In this document: in pieces, positions 26,888 to 35,461 of the stretch
Numbering within the stretch: the first letter of the stretch is position 1
Layout of the letters: each line of letters starts with the position of its first letter
Assembly: GCA_949288625.1 (NCBI GenBank)
Contig: CASEKZ010000033.1
Location: 1-41,426, forward strand
Reading direction: 5' to 3'
DNA length: 41,426 nucleotides
Source of the DNA: an uncultured bacterium
Lineage (GTDB): Bacteria; Bacillota_I; Bacilli_A; RF39; UBA660
Translations under genes and position numbers: made by a program
The notes under the pieces: model-generated
What the model saw: only the letters and a program-made list of their open reading frames with translations
Told to the model about the DNA's origin: nothing
Databases searched by the model: none

Positions 26888-28524
26888 TATTTTTCCTCCA
26901 TTTCAATTAATTCACTAAACTCATTTACTGAGTTTTTGTTTTTAATTTTACTTATTATAGACAATAAATATTCTTCGTCTTTTAACTCTAATTCATTATT
27001 TTTTACTAACTTAACATATTTTGGTCTTATGTTTTTCCAGTATTCATCAGTTATATATACAATTTTATACGTTGAATTAAAAATTTTGCTTAATAGTTCT
27101 TTACTTAAATCATAAGTTTCTTCTATACTTAAAAGTAAACTTTTTGCAGGCAGTACAACTAAAACACCTTTATTTGAAGCCGCAACCGGTTTTCCCTCCA
27201 ATAACATTCCTGCACACTTTTTATATTTTTCTTCTGTTAAAAAATCATTTAAATTATTCCACATTTCTTCAATAAAGTTTAAATTTTTACGAGAGGATTC
27301 TTTTAATATGTTATTTATTCTAACGTTTTTTAATTCGTTGATTTTTTCTTCCAACAAATTATTTTCCATTGTTTCGTTTAATGTTCCACGTGGAACATCA
27401 TTTTTTAGTATATCTTTTTTTTCTTGTTTATAGTTTTCATATGTTTCACGTGGAACATTTATCTCATCCATTATTTTTATCATTTGAACCTCAAAAATCA
27501 GTTCTTTTTGATAAGTAAACTTCATTTTTTCAAACATGCTTAAAAAATTATCAATCATTAAATATAGTTTCTTCTCAGAAATTTTATTAAAAACATTTAT
27601 GCTTTGTTCATCATATTCTTCTAAATTAACTTGCTTTTTAAATAATATTCCATTTCTTAAATAATTTATAATTTTTTGTGTAATAAAATAAAAATCTTTT
27701 CCAGAATCAGACCAGGTTTTAATTTTTTTTGTTATTTCATTATAATTTATATCAATTAACTTTTCTAAAAATTCATTTATTTCAGCAATAGAAATTGTTC
27801 CAGATAATTCCTGAATATCATCTAACGTTATCATATCATCGCAAAAAGCAAAAGCTTGATCTAACATTCCTATAGCATCTCTCATTCCACCATTAGAATT
27901 ATTGATAATTTCCAATAAAGCCTCTTTTGCTATACTTATATTTTCTTTTTTTATTATATTTTCAAGACATTTTCTCATGTTTTCTTTAGAAATGCTTTTA
28001 AAATCGAATCGTTGACATCTTGAAACAACCGTTGCGGGAAGTTTTTGCGGTTCCGTGGTAGCTAATATAAAAACAACATAGTTTGGCGGTTCTTCTAGTG
28101 TTTTTAACAATGCATTAAAAGCCCCAATTGAAAGCATGTGTACCTCGTCTATTATATATATTTTATATTTTGAAAATGAAGGCACCAAATTTACTTTATT
28201 TCTTATTTCCCGTATTTCATCAACTCCATTATTAGAAGCGGCATCAATTTCAATAATATCCGGATTACTATTATTATTAAAACTTTCACAATTTTTACAT
28301 TTATTACAAGCATCACCATTTTGATTATTTTCACAATTTATAGCTTTTGCAAAAAGTTTCGCACTACTAGTTTTCCCTGTTCCTCTAGGCCCTGTAAATA
28401 AATATGCATGACTTAATTTATTTTTTTTAATAATATTTTTTAACGTTTTTATTATTGTATCTTGACCATAAACCAATTCAAAAGAATTTGGTCTATATTT
28501 TCTATATAGTGTTTGATAAGCCAT
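26887..28524 (-). CDS. dnaX: DNA polymerase III subunit tau
   Basis: GPRGTGKTS Walker A, zinc module CNKCKNC, YIIDEVHMLS and SRCQRFDF motifs. Start at ATG 28524 (MAYQTLYRKYRP) with a GAGAGGAG SD. The linker after domain III contains two parS sites and an A8 run (see findings). Confidence 0.95.
   Translation of the reverse strand: MAYQTLYRKYRPNSFELVYGQDTIIKTLKNIIKKNKLSHAYLFTGPRGTGKTSSAKLFAKAINCENNQNGDACNKCKNCESFNNNSNPDIIEIDAASNNGVDEIREIRNKVNLVPSFSKYKIYIIDEVHMLSIGAFNALLKTLEEPPNYVVFILATTEPQKLPATVVSRCQRFDFKSISKENMRKCLENIIKKENISIAKEALLEIINNSNGGMRDAIGMLDQAFAFCDDMITLDDIQELSGTISIAEINEFLEKLIDINYNEITKKIKTWSDSGKDFYFITQKIINYLRNGILFKKQVNLEEYDEQSINVFNKISEKKLYLMIDNFLSMFEKMKFTYQKELIFEVQMIKIMDEINVPRETYENYKQEKKDILKNDVPRGTLNETMENNLLEEKINELKNVRINNILKESSRKNLNFIEEMWNNLNDFLTEEKYKKCAGMLLEGKPVAASNKGVLVVLPAKSLLLSIEETYDLSKELLSKIFNSTYKIVYITDEYWKNIRPKYVKLVKNNELELKDEEYLLSIISKIKNKNSVNEFSELIEMEEK
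27381..27398. other. parS (ParB/Spo0J binding) site inside dnaX
   Basis: aTGTTCCACGTGGAACAt is a perfect 18-bp palindrome. The 16-bp core differs at one position from the B. subtilis consensus TGTTNCACGTGAAACA. It encodes DVPRGTL in DnaX. Confidence 0.75.
27441..27458. other. parS site inside dnaX
   Basis: aTGTTTCACGTGGAACAt. On the opposite strand TGTTCCACGTGAAACA is an exact match to the consensus TGTTNCACGTGAAACA. It encodes NVPRETY and lies exactly 60 bp from the site at 27381. Confidence 0.8.
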
Positions 28525-28610
28525 ACATATCACTCCTCTCATATGATTATATCATTTTAATAGAAAAAACGCGATTTTTTTATTAAAAAAACAAATAGTA
28601 TAATATATTT

Positions 28611-28628
28611 ATGTTTCACGTGAAACAT
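28611..28628. other. parS site between tadA and dnaX
   Basis: aTGTTTCACGTGAAACAt is a perfect 18-bp palindrome with an exact consensus core. It abuts the tadA stop codon (28628-28630). Confidence 0.85.
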
Positions 28629-29041
28629 TATCTTATTTTTTTAAAAAAATCATGAATTAAATTAAGTGACTCGCTAGTTGCGGTAGTATTATTTAAATAA
28701 TTATATTTTTCTAAATTTATATTAATTTCTTTATCTTTTTTTACAAAAAAATATATTTTTTTTAACCTGCATAATTCGATTGCGGCCATACACATTGCAC
28801 ACGGTTCCAAGGTGACATACATTTCACAATCATTTAATCTCCAATTTTTTATTTTTTTTGATGCTTTTTTTATTGCAAGCAACTCAGCGTGCAATGTAAC
28901 ATCTTTTTTTCTTTCAACCATGTTATGTGCCTTAGAGATGATTTTATTATTCTTAACAATAATTGCGCCTACTGGAATTTCATTTTTTTTATATGCTTTT
29001 TTAGCTTCATTTAAAGTTTTTTGAATAAATTTTTCTTGCAT
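28628..29041 (-). CDS. tadA: tRNA-specific adenosine deaminase
   Basis: HAELLAI and PCAMCMAAI zinc-deaminase motifs. Start at ATG 29041 (MQEKFIQKTLNEAKKA) with an AAAGAGG SD. The 45-codon N-terminal extension in the track ORF runs through the SRP RNA. Confidence 0.92.
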   Translation of the reverse strand: MQEKFIQKTLNEAKKAYKKNEIPVGAIIVKNNKIISKAHNMVERKKDVTLHAELLAIKKASKKIKNWRLNDCEMYVTLEPCAMCMAAIELCRLKKIYFFVKKDKEININLEKYNYLNNTTATSESLNLIHDFFKKIR

Positions 29042-29067
29042 TGCTATACCTCTTTTTTTACAAAATA

Positions 29068-29146
29068 AAAGCACACACAGAAAGAGGTTATTAAGGCTGC
29101 TACCTCTCGGTCCTGACCTAGTTCTAACATTTCTGTTGTGCACTAA
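29068..29146 (-). ncRNA. ffs: Small (4.5S-type, Alu-less) signal recognition particle RNA
   Basis: Reverse strand reads GUGCACAACAGAAAUGUUAGAACUAGGUCAGGACCGAGAGGUAGCAGCCUUAAUAACCUCUUUCUGUGUGUGC. The domain IV core GGUCAGGACC-GAGA-GGUAGCAGCC matches E. coli 4.5S (GGUCAGGUCC-GGAA-GGAAGCAGCC), with a GNRA tetraloop and a closing helix GUGCACAACAGAAA/UUUCUGUGUGUGC. The ends are approximate. Confidence 0.8.
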
Positions 29147-29188
29147 TATTTTATTATATAATTTATAAATAATCAAGCTTTATTTTAC

Positions 29189-29206
29189 ATGTTTCACGTG
29201 AAACAT
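29189..29206. other. parS site between gyrA and the SRP RNA
   Basis: aTGTTTCACGTGAAACAt is identical to the site at 28611 and lies 3 nt after the gyrA stop codon. Confidence 0.85.
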
Positions 29207-29209
29207 AAC

Positions 29210-31711
29210 TTAATTTAAATTATCGTTAGATTCTTGTTCTTTTTCAACAATTGAAACAGTTGATACTTTTTGGCCTTCTCGCAAATGCATTAATCTTACA
29301 CCTTGCGTTACTCTGCTCATTTTAGAAACTTTGTCCAAAGAAATTCTTATGACAATACCTTGATCAGTCATAATCATTAAATCTTTATCCGAGGTAGTCA
29401 TTTTAAACGCTACAATTGTACCATTTTTATCGGTTATGTTTAACGTTTTAACACCTTTACTTCCTCTATGAGTTAAACGATATTCATTTATGTCCGTCCG
29501 TTTTCCATATCCATTTTCGGTAACTACAAGCACATCTTCATTATCTTTTGCAATTTCTGTACCAACACAGAAACAGTTTTCAGATAATTCTATTGCTTTA
29601 ACTCCACTTGCGTTTCTGCCCATTACTCTTATTTCGTTTTCGTTAAATCTAACCATTCTACCATTATTTGATGCTACAACAACGTCATCATTACCTGATG
29701 TAAAATGAACGGATAAAACTTCATCATCCTCTTTTAATGTAATAGCAATTTTTCCATTTTTTCTAATATTTTCAAATTCATGAACATTTGTACGTTTTAT
29801 TAATCCTTTTTTAGTTGCTATAACAAGATATTTATTACTTTGACTTCCGTTATCCAATAATATGTTATTTACTTTTTCTTCTTTTTCAATTGGAAGTAGG
29901 TTAATTATTGGTAACCCTTTTGATTGCCTTGAATATTCTGGAATTTCATAACCTTTTATACGATAAACCTTTCCTTTATTAGTAAAGAATAACACGTAAT
30001 TATGAGTTGTTCCTGATTTTAGTATTTCAACAAAATCCTCATCGTTTGTTGTCATTCCTTTTATTCCTACCCCACCTTTATTTTGAATCTTATAAGTATC
30101 AGTTTTCATTCTTTTAATATAACCATTATGAGTTAATGTAATTACAATATCTTCTTCTGGAATTAATGACTCATCTTCAATATAATCAACCGCGGTCATA
30201 TCAATAGAAGTTCTTCTTTCATCAGCGTATTTTTTCTTTATTTCTAACATTTCTTGTTTTATTATCTCTAATACTTTTTTTTCAGATGCCAAAATAGATT
30301 TTAATTCTTCTATTTCTTTTAATAATTCACTTAGCTCATTTTCTATTTTATTTCTTTCCAAGCCAGTTAATCTTCTTAAACGCATTTCAAGAATACTATT
30401 ACTTTGAATTTCAGAAAGACCAAACTTACTAATTAATTTATCCTTAGCTTCTTGATCATCTTTTGCGCCTCTTATGATTTTAACTACTTCATCTATGTTG
30501 TCTAAAGCAATTTTTAAACCCTCTAAAATATGAACTCTTTTTTCATCTTCATTCAAATCATACCTGGTTCTTCTTATAATAACTTCTTTTTGATGATCAA
30601 TGTATTTTGAAATAATATCCTTTAATCCTAAGGTTTTAGGTGTTCCGTTATCAATTACCAAGAATATTATTCCATAATTTGTTTGAAAATTAGTATGTTT
30701 ATATAAATTATTTAAAACAACTTGAGGATTAGCATCCTTTTTTAGTGTTATTGTTATTTTAACCCCGTTTTTTAAATCTGTATGATAATCTGAGATGCCT
30801 TCTATTGTTTTATTATGAACTAACTCCGCAACTTTATTTTTTAATTCCATAGTATTCGTTCCATAAGGAACCTCAGTAATTATTATTTGACTATGGTTTC
30901 CAACTTCTTCTATGTAAGCTTTACTTCTTATGGTTATGCTTCCTCTTCCCGTTTCATAAGCTTTTTTTATACCTGAATTTCCTAAAATTATACCACCTGT
31001 TGGAAAATCCGGCCCTTTAATATACTGCATCAATCCTAAGGTATCAATATCTGGATTATCTATGTAAGCTATACATCCATCTATTACTTCACCTAAGTTA
31101 TGAGGAGGAATGTTAGTTGCCATACCAACTGCTATTCCCATTGATCCATTTATTAAAACATTTGGTATTCTAGAAGGTAAAACAACTGGTTCTAAACTTG
31201 TTTCATCAAAGTTAGGCATCATATTAACAGTATTTTTTCTTATATCTCTTAACATTTCAAGTGCTATTTTTGATAATCTTGCTTCGGTGTAACGATATGC
31301 CGCTGCACCATCACCCTCAATATTACCAAAGTTACCATGACCATCAACTAACATATATCTTTGATTAAAGTCTTGAGCTAATCTTACCATAGCTTCATAA
31401 ATTGACGAATCACCATGAGGATGATAATGACCCATAACGTAACCAACCGTTGTAGCACTTTTTTTATGTGGCTTATCTGGAGTATTGCCCTCTTCAAACA
31501 TCGACCATAAAATTCTTCTATGAACTGGTTTTAAGCCGTCTCTTAAATCTGGTATTGCGCGTGACGTTATAACACTCATTGAATAGTCAAGAAATGATTC
31601 AGAAACTTCAGTTACAATATCATTTTCAGCATGAGAATCTCTTTCGTGAAAAGTTCCACCATATTCGTTTTGTTCTTCAGCATTTACTACATTTTCTTCG
31701 TTATTTTGCAT
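29210..31711 (-). CDS. gyrA: DNA gyrase subunit A
   Basis: DGLKPVHRRIL, HPHGDSSIYEAMVR and AAAYRYTEARL (active-site Tyr) motifs, plus C-terminal beta-pinwheel repeats. Follows gyrB. Confidence 0.98.
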   Translation of the reverse strand: MQNNEENVVNAEEQNEYGGTFHERDSHAENDIVTEVSESFLDYSMSVITSRAIPDLRDGLKPVHRRILWSMFEEGNTPDKPHKKSATTVGYVMGHYHPHGDSSIYEAMVRLAQDFNQRYMLVDGHGNFGNIEGDGAAAYRYTEARLSKIALEMLRDIRKNTVNMMPNFDETSLEPVVLPSRIPNVLINGSMGIAVGMATNIPPHNLGEVIDGCIAYIDNPDIDTLGLMQYIKGPDFPTGGIILGNSGIKKAYETGRGSITIRSKAYIEEVGNHSQIIITEVPYGTNTMELKNKVAELVHNKTIEGISDYHTDLKNGVKITITLKKDANPQVVLNNLYKHTNFQTNYGIIFLVIDNGTPKTLGLKDIISKYIDHQKEVIIRRTRYDLNEDEKRVHILEGLKIALDNIDEVVKIIRGAKDDQEAKDKLISKFGLSEIQSNSILEMRLRRLTGLERNKIENELSELLKEIEELKSILASEKKVLEIIKQEMLEIKKKYADERRTSIDMTAVDYIEDESLIPEEDIVITLTHNGYIKRMKTDTYKIQNKGGVGIKGMTTNDEDFVEILKSGTTHNYVLFFTNKGKVYRIKGYEIPEYSRQSKGLPIINLLPIEKEEKVNNILLDNGSQSNKYLVIATKKGLIKRTNVHEFENIRKNGKIAITLKEDDEVLSVHFTSGNDDVVVASNNGRMVRFNENEIRVMGRNASGVKAIELSENCFCVGTEIAKDNEDVLVVTENGYGKRTDINEYRLTHRGSKGVKTLNITDKNGTIVAFKMTTSDKDLMIMTDQGIVIRISLDKVSKMSRVTQGVRLMHLREGQKVSTVSIVEKEQESNDNLN

Positions 31712-31723
31712 TCATCACACCTC

Positions 31724-33655
31724 CTATATATCCAAATTCTTAACATAACGTGCGTTTTCTTCTATAAATTTTCTTCTAGGTTCTACTTCTTCACCCATAA
31801 GTTTATTAAACATTGCATCAGCCATAACACAATCATCAACCGTTATTTTTCTTAGCGTTCTTTTTTCTATATCCATGGTAGTCTCATTTAATTCCTCTGC
31901 ATCCATTTCACCTAAACCTTTCATTCGAGCAATTTCAGCTCTTTGTCGTACGTTATCTGGTAAAGATGCTAAATATGCTTCTTTTTCTTCTTCATTTAGT
32001 ACATATTTACGAGTTTTACCATGCATTATTCTAAATAATGGCGGTTGTGCAGCATAAACATGTCCAGCTTCAACAATCGGCCTAAAAAATCTATAAAACA
32101 ACGTAAGCAACAATACCCTTATATGTGAACCATCAACGTCCGCATCGGTCATGATTATTATTTTATCATATCTTAGTTTTGATAAATCAAACTCTTCGCC
32201 TATACCCGTTCCAAAAGCTGTTATTATAGTCCTTATTTCCTCATTACCTAAAGCTTTATCTAATCTTGCTTTTTCAACATTTAATATTTTTCCTCTTAAA
32301 GGTAATATTGCTTGAGTAATTGAGTCTCTTCCTTTTTTAGCTGATCCACCAGCAGAATCCCCCTCTACTATAAATATTTCTGATACTTTTGGATCTTTAC
32401 TTTTACAATCTGATAGTTTTCCAAAAAAGTTAGTCGTTGTTAAATCACTTTTTCTTGTTATTTCCCTTGCCTTTTTTGCAGCATTACGAGCACGTGATGC
32501 AAGTAATGCTTTATTTACGATTATTTTAGCATCATCTGGGTTTTCTAATAAAAATTTTTCAAAGCCTTCAGAAAACACTTTATCCGCTAACTTTCTTACT
32601 TCAGAATTACCTAACCTACCTTTTGTTTGCCCTTCAAATTGTGGATTTGGGTGTTTACAAGAAATAATCATAGTTAATCCTTCTTTAACATCATCACCCG
32701 TCAAAGACTCATCTTTTTCCTTTAACATGTTCGTTTTTCTTGCATAACTATTAATTACCCTAGTTAATGCTCTTCTTACACCTTCTTCATGAGTTCCACC
32801 ATCATGTGTGTTAATATTATTTACAAATGAATATATATTATCGTTATATCCAGTGTTATATTGTAAAGCTACTTCAAAAAACACCCCATCATTAATACCT
32901 TCTAAATGAATTATATCATCATGAATAGGCGTTTTATTTTGATTTATAAACTTAACATATTCAGAAATACCACCTTCGTATAAAAAAGTTTCTCCAGTCG
33001 TATCTTCTTCGTCACGATCATCTCTTAAAGTAATCCTTAATCCTTTGTTTAAAAAAGCAAGTTCTCTTACTCTTACTTTCAATGTTTCATAATCAAAAAT
33101 ATCAGTATCAAAAATTTCTGGATCTGGTTTAAAGGTTACCCAAGTACCAGTTCTTTTTTCTTCACAACTTCCTACTACTTCCAGTGGATGAGTTGTATGT
33201 CCACCATTTTCAAACCGTATATTATATATATTACCATTTTTATATACAGTTACTTCTACCCAGCGAGAAAGAGCATTAACAACACTTGCTCCAACACCAT
33301 GAAGTCCACCAGATACCTTGTATCCGCCACCACCAAATTTACCACCGGCATGAAGTACCGTATAAACTGTTTCAACCGTTGATATTTTAGTTTTGGGATG
33401 AATATCTACTGGTATTCCTCTTCCATCATCTTTAACCGTGACAGAATTATCTTTATTTATAATTATTTCTATATTATTACAATAACCCGCTAAAGATTCA
33501 TCTATTGCATTATCAACTATTTCCCAAACTAAATGGTGTAATCCCTTTACATCCGTTGTACCTATGTACATACCTGGTCTTTTTCTTACAGCTTCTAAGC
33601 CTTCTAAAACTTGTATATCAGAAGCATCATAATGTCCTGTTGTTTTTTCTTCCAT
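31724..33655 (-). CDS. gyrB: DNA gyrase subunit B
   Basis: [38 protein letters not shown] and [12 protein letters not shown] motifs. Confidence 0.98.
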   Translation of the reverse strand: MEEKTTGHYDASDIQVLEGLEAVRKRPGMYIGTTDVKGLHHLVWEIVDNAIDESLAGYCNNIEIIINKDNSVTVKDDGRGIPVDIHPKTKISTVETVYTVLHAGGKFGGGGYKVSGGLHGVGASVVNALSRWVEVTVYKNGNIYNIRFENGGHTTHPLEVVGSCEEKRTGTWVTFKPDPEIFDTDIFDYETLKVRVRELAFLNKGLRITLRDDRDEEDTTGETFLYEGGISEYVKFINQNKTPIHDDIIHLEGINDGVFFEVALQYNTGYNDNIYSFVNNINTHDGGTHEEGVRRALTRVINSYARKTNMLKEKDESLTGDDVKEGLTMIISCKHPNPQFEGQTKGRLGNSEVRKLADKVFSEGFEKFLLENPDDAKIIVNKALLASRARNAAKKAREITRKSDLTTTNFFGKLSDCKSKDPKVSEIFIVEGDSAGGSAKKGRDSITQAILPLRGKILNVEKARLDKALGNEEIRTIITAFGTGIGEEFDLSKLRYDKIIIMTDADVDGSHIRVLLLTLFYRFFRPIVEAGHVYAAQPPLFRIMHGKTRKYVLNEEEKEAYLASLPDNVRQRAEIARMKGLGEMDAEELNETTMDIEKRTLRKITVDDCVMADAMFNKLMGEEVEPRRKFIEENARYVKNLDI

Positions 33656-33658
33656 AGC

Positions 33659-34768
33659 TTATTCCTCCTTTTTAAAATTGCCGTTTTCAACTATATAAAT
33701 GTCTGACTTTTCTTTTAAATCTTTATTTATTTCTTTTATATCAGTAGTAGTTATAAAAATTTGTATATCATCTTTAAAATAATTTATTATGTTATTTTTC
33801 TTATTCTCATCTAATTCACTAAAAATATCATCAAGTAAAATAACCGGTTTAATATGTTTTTCATTTATAAATACTTCTATTTCTGCTAATTTTAAACTAA
33901 GTATTGAAAGTCTTTGTTGTCCTTGTGAACAAAATTCAGTTACATCTAAGTTATCTAAATACATTTTAAAATCATCCTTATGACACCCTAAAAGTGTCGT
34001 TTTTTGAAGTAATTCATTGGTAAACAACTCATCATACCTTGATTTTAGTAGCTGTTTTAATTCAGGATTATTTAAACTTTCTTCTTTTATAAAACTTTTA
34101 TATTTTATACTTAACTCACCCATTTTTGCAATATTATTAAAAACTTTTTTTAAACATGCATTTACTTTATTTATAAAATCATACCTTATTTTTACTATTT
34201 CAATATTTTTTAAAATAAGTTTATCAGTTATAATTCCAAAATAAGTTTGATCAAATTTTGCGTTGTTTTTCAACTTTAAATACTCATTTCTTTGCTTTAA
34301 TATCTGATTATATTCTTTTAATAAAGTTACATAATCACGTCTAAATTGTGACAATTCAATGTTTAAAAAACGTCTTCTAATATTTGGCGAACCTTTAATA
34401 ATTTCTAAATCATCAGGACAAAACATAATAACGTTAAGTCTAGATAAATAATTACTTATTTTTTTCTGCGGAATGTTATCAACACTTACTTTTTTACCCT
34501 TATTATTTAATAAAATAGATAAAGAACGAACATCACCATTAGTTTGAAAAACACCAGATACCTTTATATATAACTCTTCTTTTTTTATTAAATTAAGTTC
34601 GTTATGAGTTCTATGAGATCTTGTTATTGCAAGAAAATAGATACTTTCAAGCACGTTTGTTTTTCCTTGAGCATTATTTCCAATAAATATATTTATATTT
34701 TTATTAAAATTAAATGAAATTCTAGAAATATTTCTAAAATTATTAAGTTCTAAATTTTTCAAAAACAT
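33659..34768 (-). CDS. recF: DNA replication and repair protein RecF
   Basis: MFLKNLELNNFRN, Walker A GNNAQGKTNVLES, signature SQGQQR and Walker B ILLDDIFSELD. The stop lies 3 nt from the gyrB start. Confidence 0.95.
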   Translation of the reverse strand: MFLKNLELNNFRNISRISFNFNKNINIFIGNNAQGKTNVLESIYFLAITRSHRTHNELNLIKKEELYIKVSGVFQTNGDVRSLSILLNNKGKKVSVDNIPQKKISNYLSRLNVIMFCPDDLEIIKGSPNIRRRFLNIELSQFRRDYVTLLKEYNQILKQRNEYLKLKNNAKFDQTYFGIITDKLILKNIEIVKIRYDFINKVNACLKKVFNNIAKMGELSIKYKSFIKEESLNNPELKQLLKSRYDELFTNELLQKTTLLGCHKDDFKMYLDNLDVTEFCSQGQQRLSILSLKLAEIEVFINEKHIKPVILLDDIFSELDENKKNNIINYFKDDIQIFITTTDIKEINKDLKEKSDIYIVENGNFKKEE

Positions 34769-34836
34769 AATTTCGTATTTTAATGCCCATTTAAACCACC
34801 TATACTTGTTTTTAATATACTACTACATGCATAATA

Positions 34837-34847
34837 ATTATATCACA
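34837..34847 (-). promoter_or_regulatory. Candidate extended -10 promoter (TGTGATATAAT) upstream of recF
   Basis: Reverse strand reads TGTGATATAAT about 70 nt upstream of the recF ATG and downstream of the comK stop. Confidence 0.35.
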
Positions 34848-34882
34848 AAATGAGGCTAATTTAGGCATTATTTATTAAAAAA

Positions 34883-35341
34883 TTAGTTTTTTTTATAATT
34901 TTCTATCCTTTTTAATAATAAAGACTCCAATCTAGTAGCTCTTAACACCTGATTATCAACAATTCCATAAGAAACTTCTAATTTTATTTTTTTTCCACAA
35001 TTAAACTTAATAATTGTATCAATACCAATCTTATAATAGTCATTTATGTTATTTAATGCTACCCAAGCACAATTTTCTAATCTAGGAGAAGTAGTAGGAA
35101 AAAATATTATTCCGTTACTTTCTTCAATAATAATTGGTGCCTTATGTGATACTCCTAAAATACTTTTAGTTCCATTTAATCTACCTTCATACGAACTACC
35201 AAAAAACTTACAACTATTATCAATTATTTTAGTAGCTGGTAAATTAACATAAAATTCATCATCTTCTTCTATTATTTTAGATTTTTCCTTACCACATGAT
35301 ATTATTGCAAGTGTTTGTTTATTAATTTCATAATCTAACAT
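34883..35341 (-). CDS. comK: ComK-family competence transcription factor
   Basis: SKIIEEDDEFYVNLPATKIIDNSCKFFGSSYEGRLNGTKSILGVSHKAPIIIEESNGIIFFPT...NQVLRATRLE aligns closely with B. subtilis ComK (SKIIEKDCVFYVNMKPLQIVDRSCRFFGSSYAGRKAGTYEVTKISHKPPIMVDPSNQIFLFPT...NQVYRTAWLR). Start at ATG 35341 with an AAGGGAAGG SD. Confidence 0.88.
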   Translation of the reverse strand: MLDYEINKQTLAIISCGKEKSKIIEEDDEFYVNLPATKIIDNSCKFFGSSYEGRLNGTKSILGVSHKAPIIIEESNGIIFFPTTSPRLENCAWVALNNINDYYKIGIDTIIKFNCGKKIKLEVSYGIVDNQVLRATRLESLLLKRIENYKKN

Positions 35342-35377
35342 AACCAAAACCTTCCCTTTCAAAAATATTAGCACCTA

Positions 35378-35386
35378 TTATCCACA
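35378..35386 (+). promoter_or_regulatory. Consensus DnaA box (TTATCCACA) in the comK upstream region
   Basis: Exact 9-mer located 37 nt upstream of the comK start and 76 nt downstream of the dnaN stop. Confidence 0.5.
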
Positions 35387-35461
35387 GTATTTTTAAGAAA
35401 AATGTCACATTTTGAAAAAAAGTTAATAAAAAAAGAATAATTTAATATTCATTTAATTTAA

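Noticed and set aside
29042-29176. 45-codon N-terminal extension of the tadA ORF in the track (MIIYKLYNKILVHNRNVRTRSGPRGSS...)
   Set aside because: The extension is the antisense/sense read-through of the SRP RNA hairpin and has no SD. The deaminase begins at ATG 29041 (MQEKF..), which has an AAAGAGG SD.
28611-29206. The ATGTTTCACGTGAAACAT palindromes as intrinsic terminators or as an operator for an unknown repressor
   Set aside because: They lack a loop and a U-tract, and they match the well-established ParB/Spo0J parS consensus TGTTNCACGTGAAACA exactly. parS is the most economical explanation.
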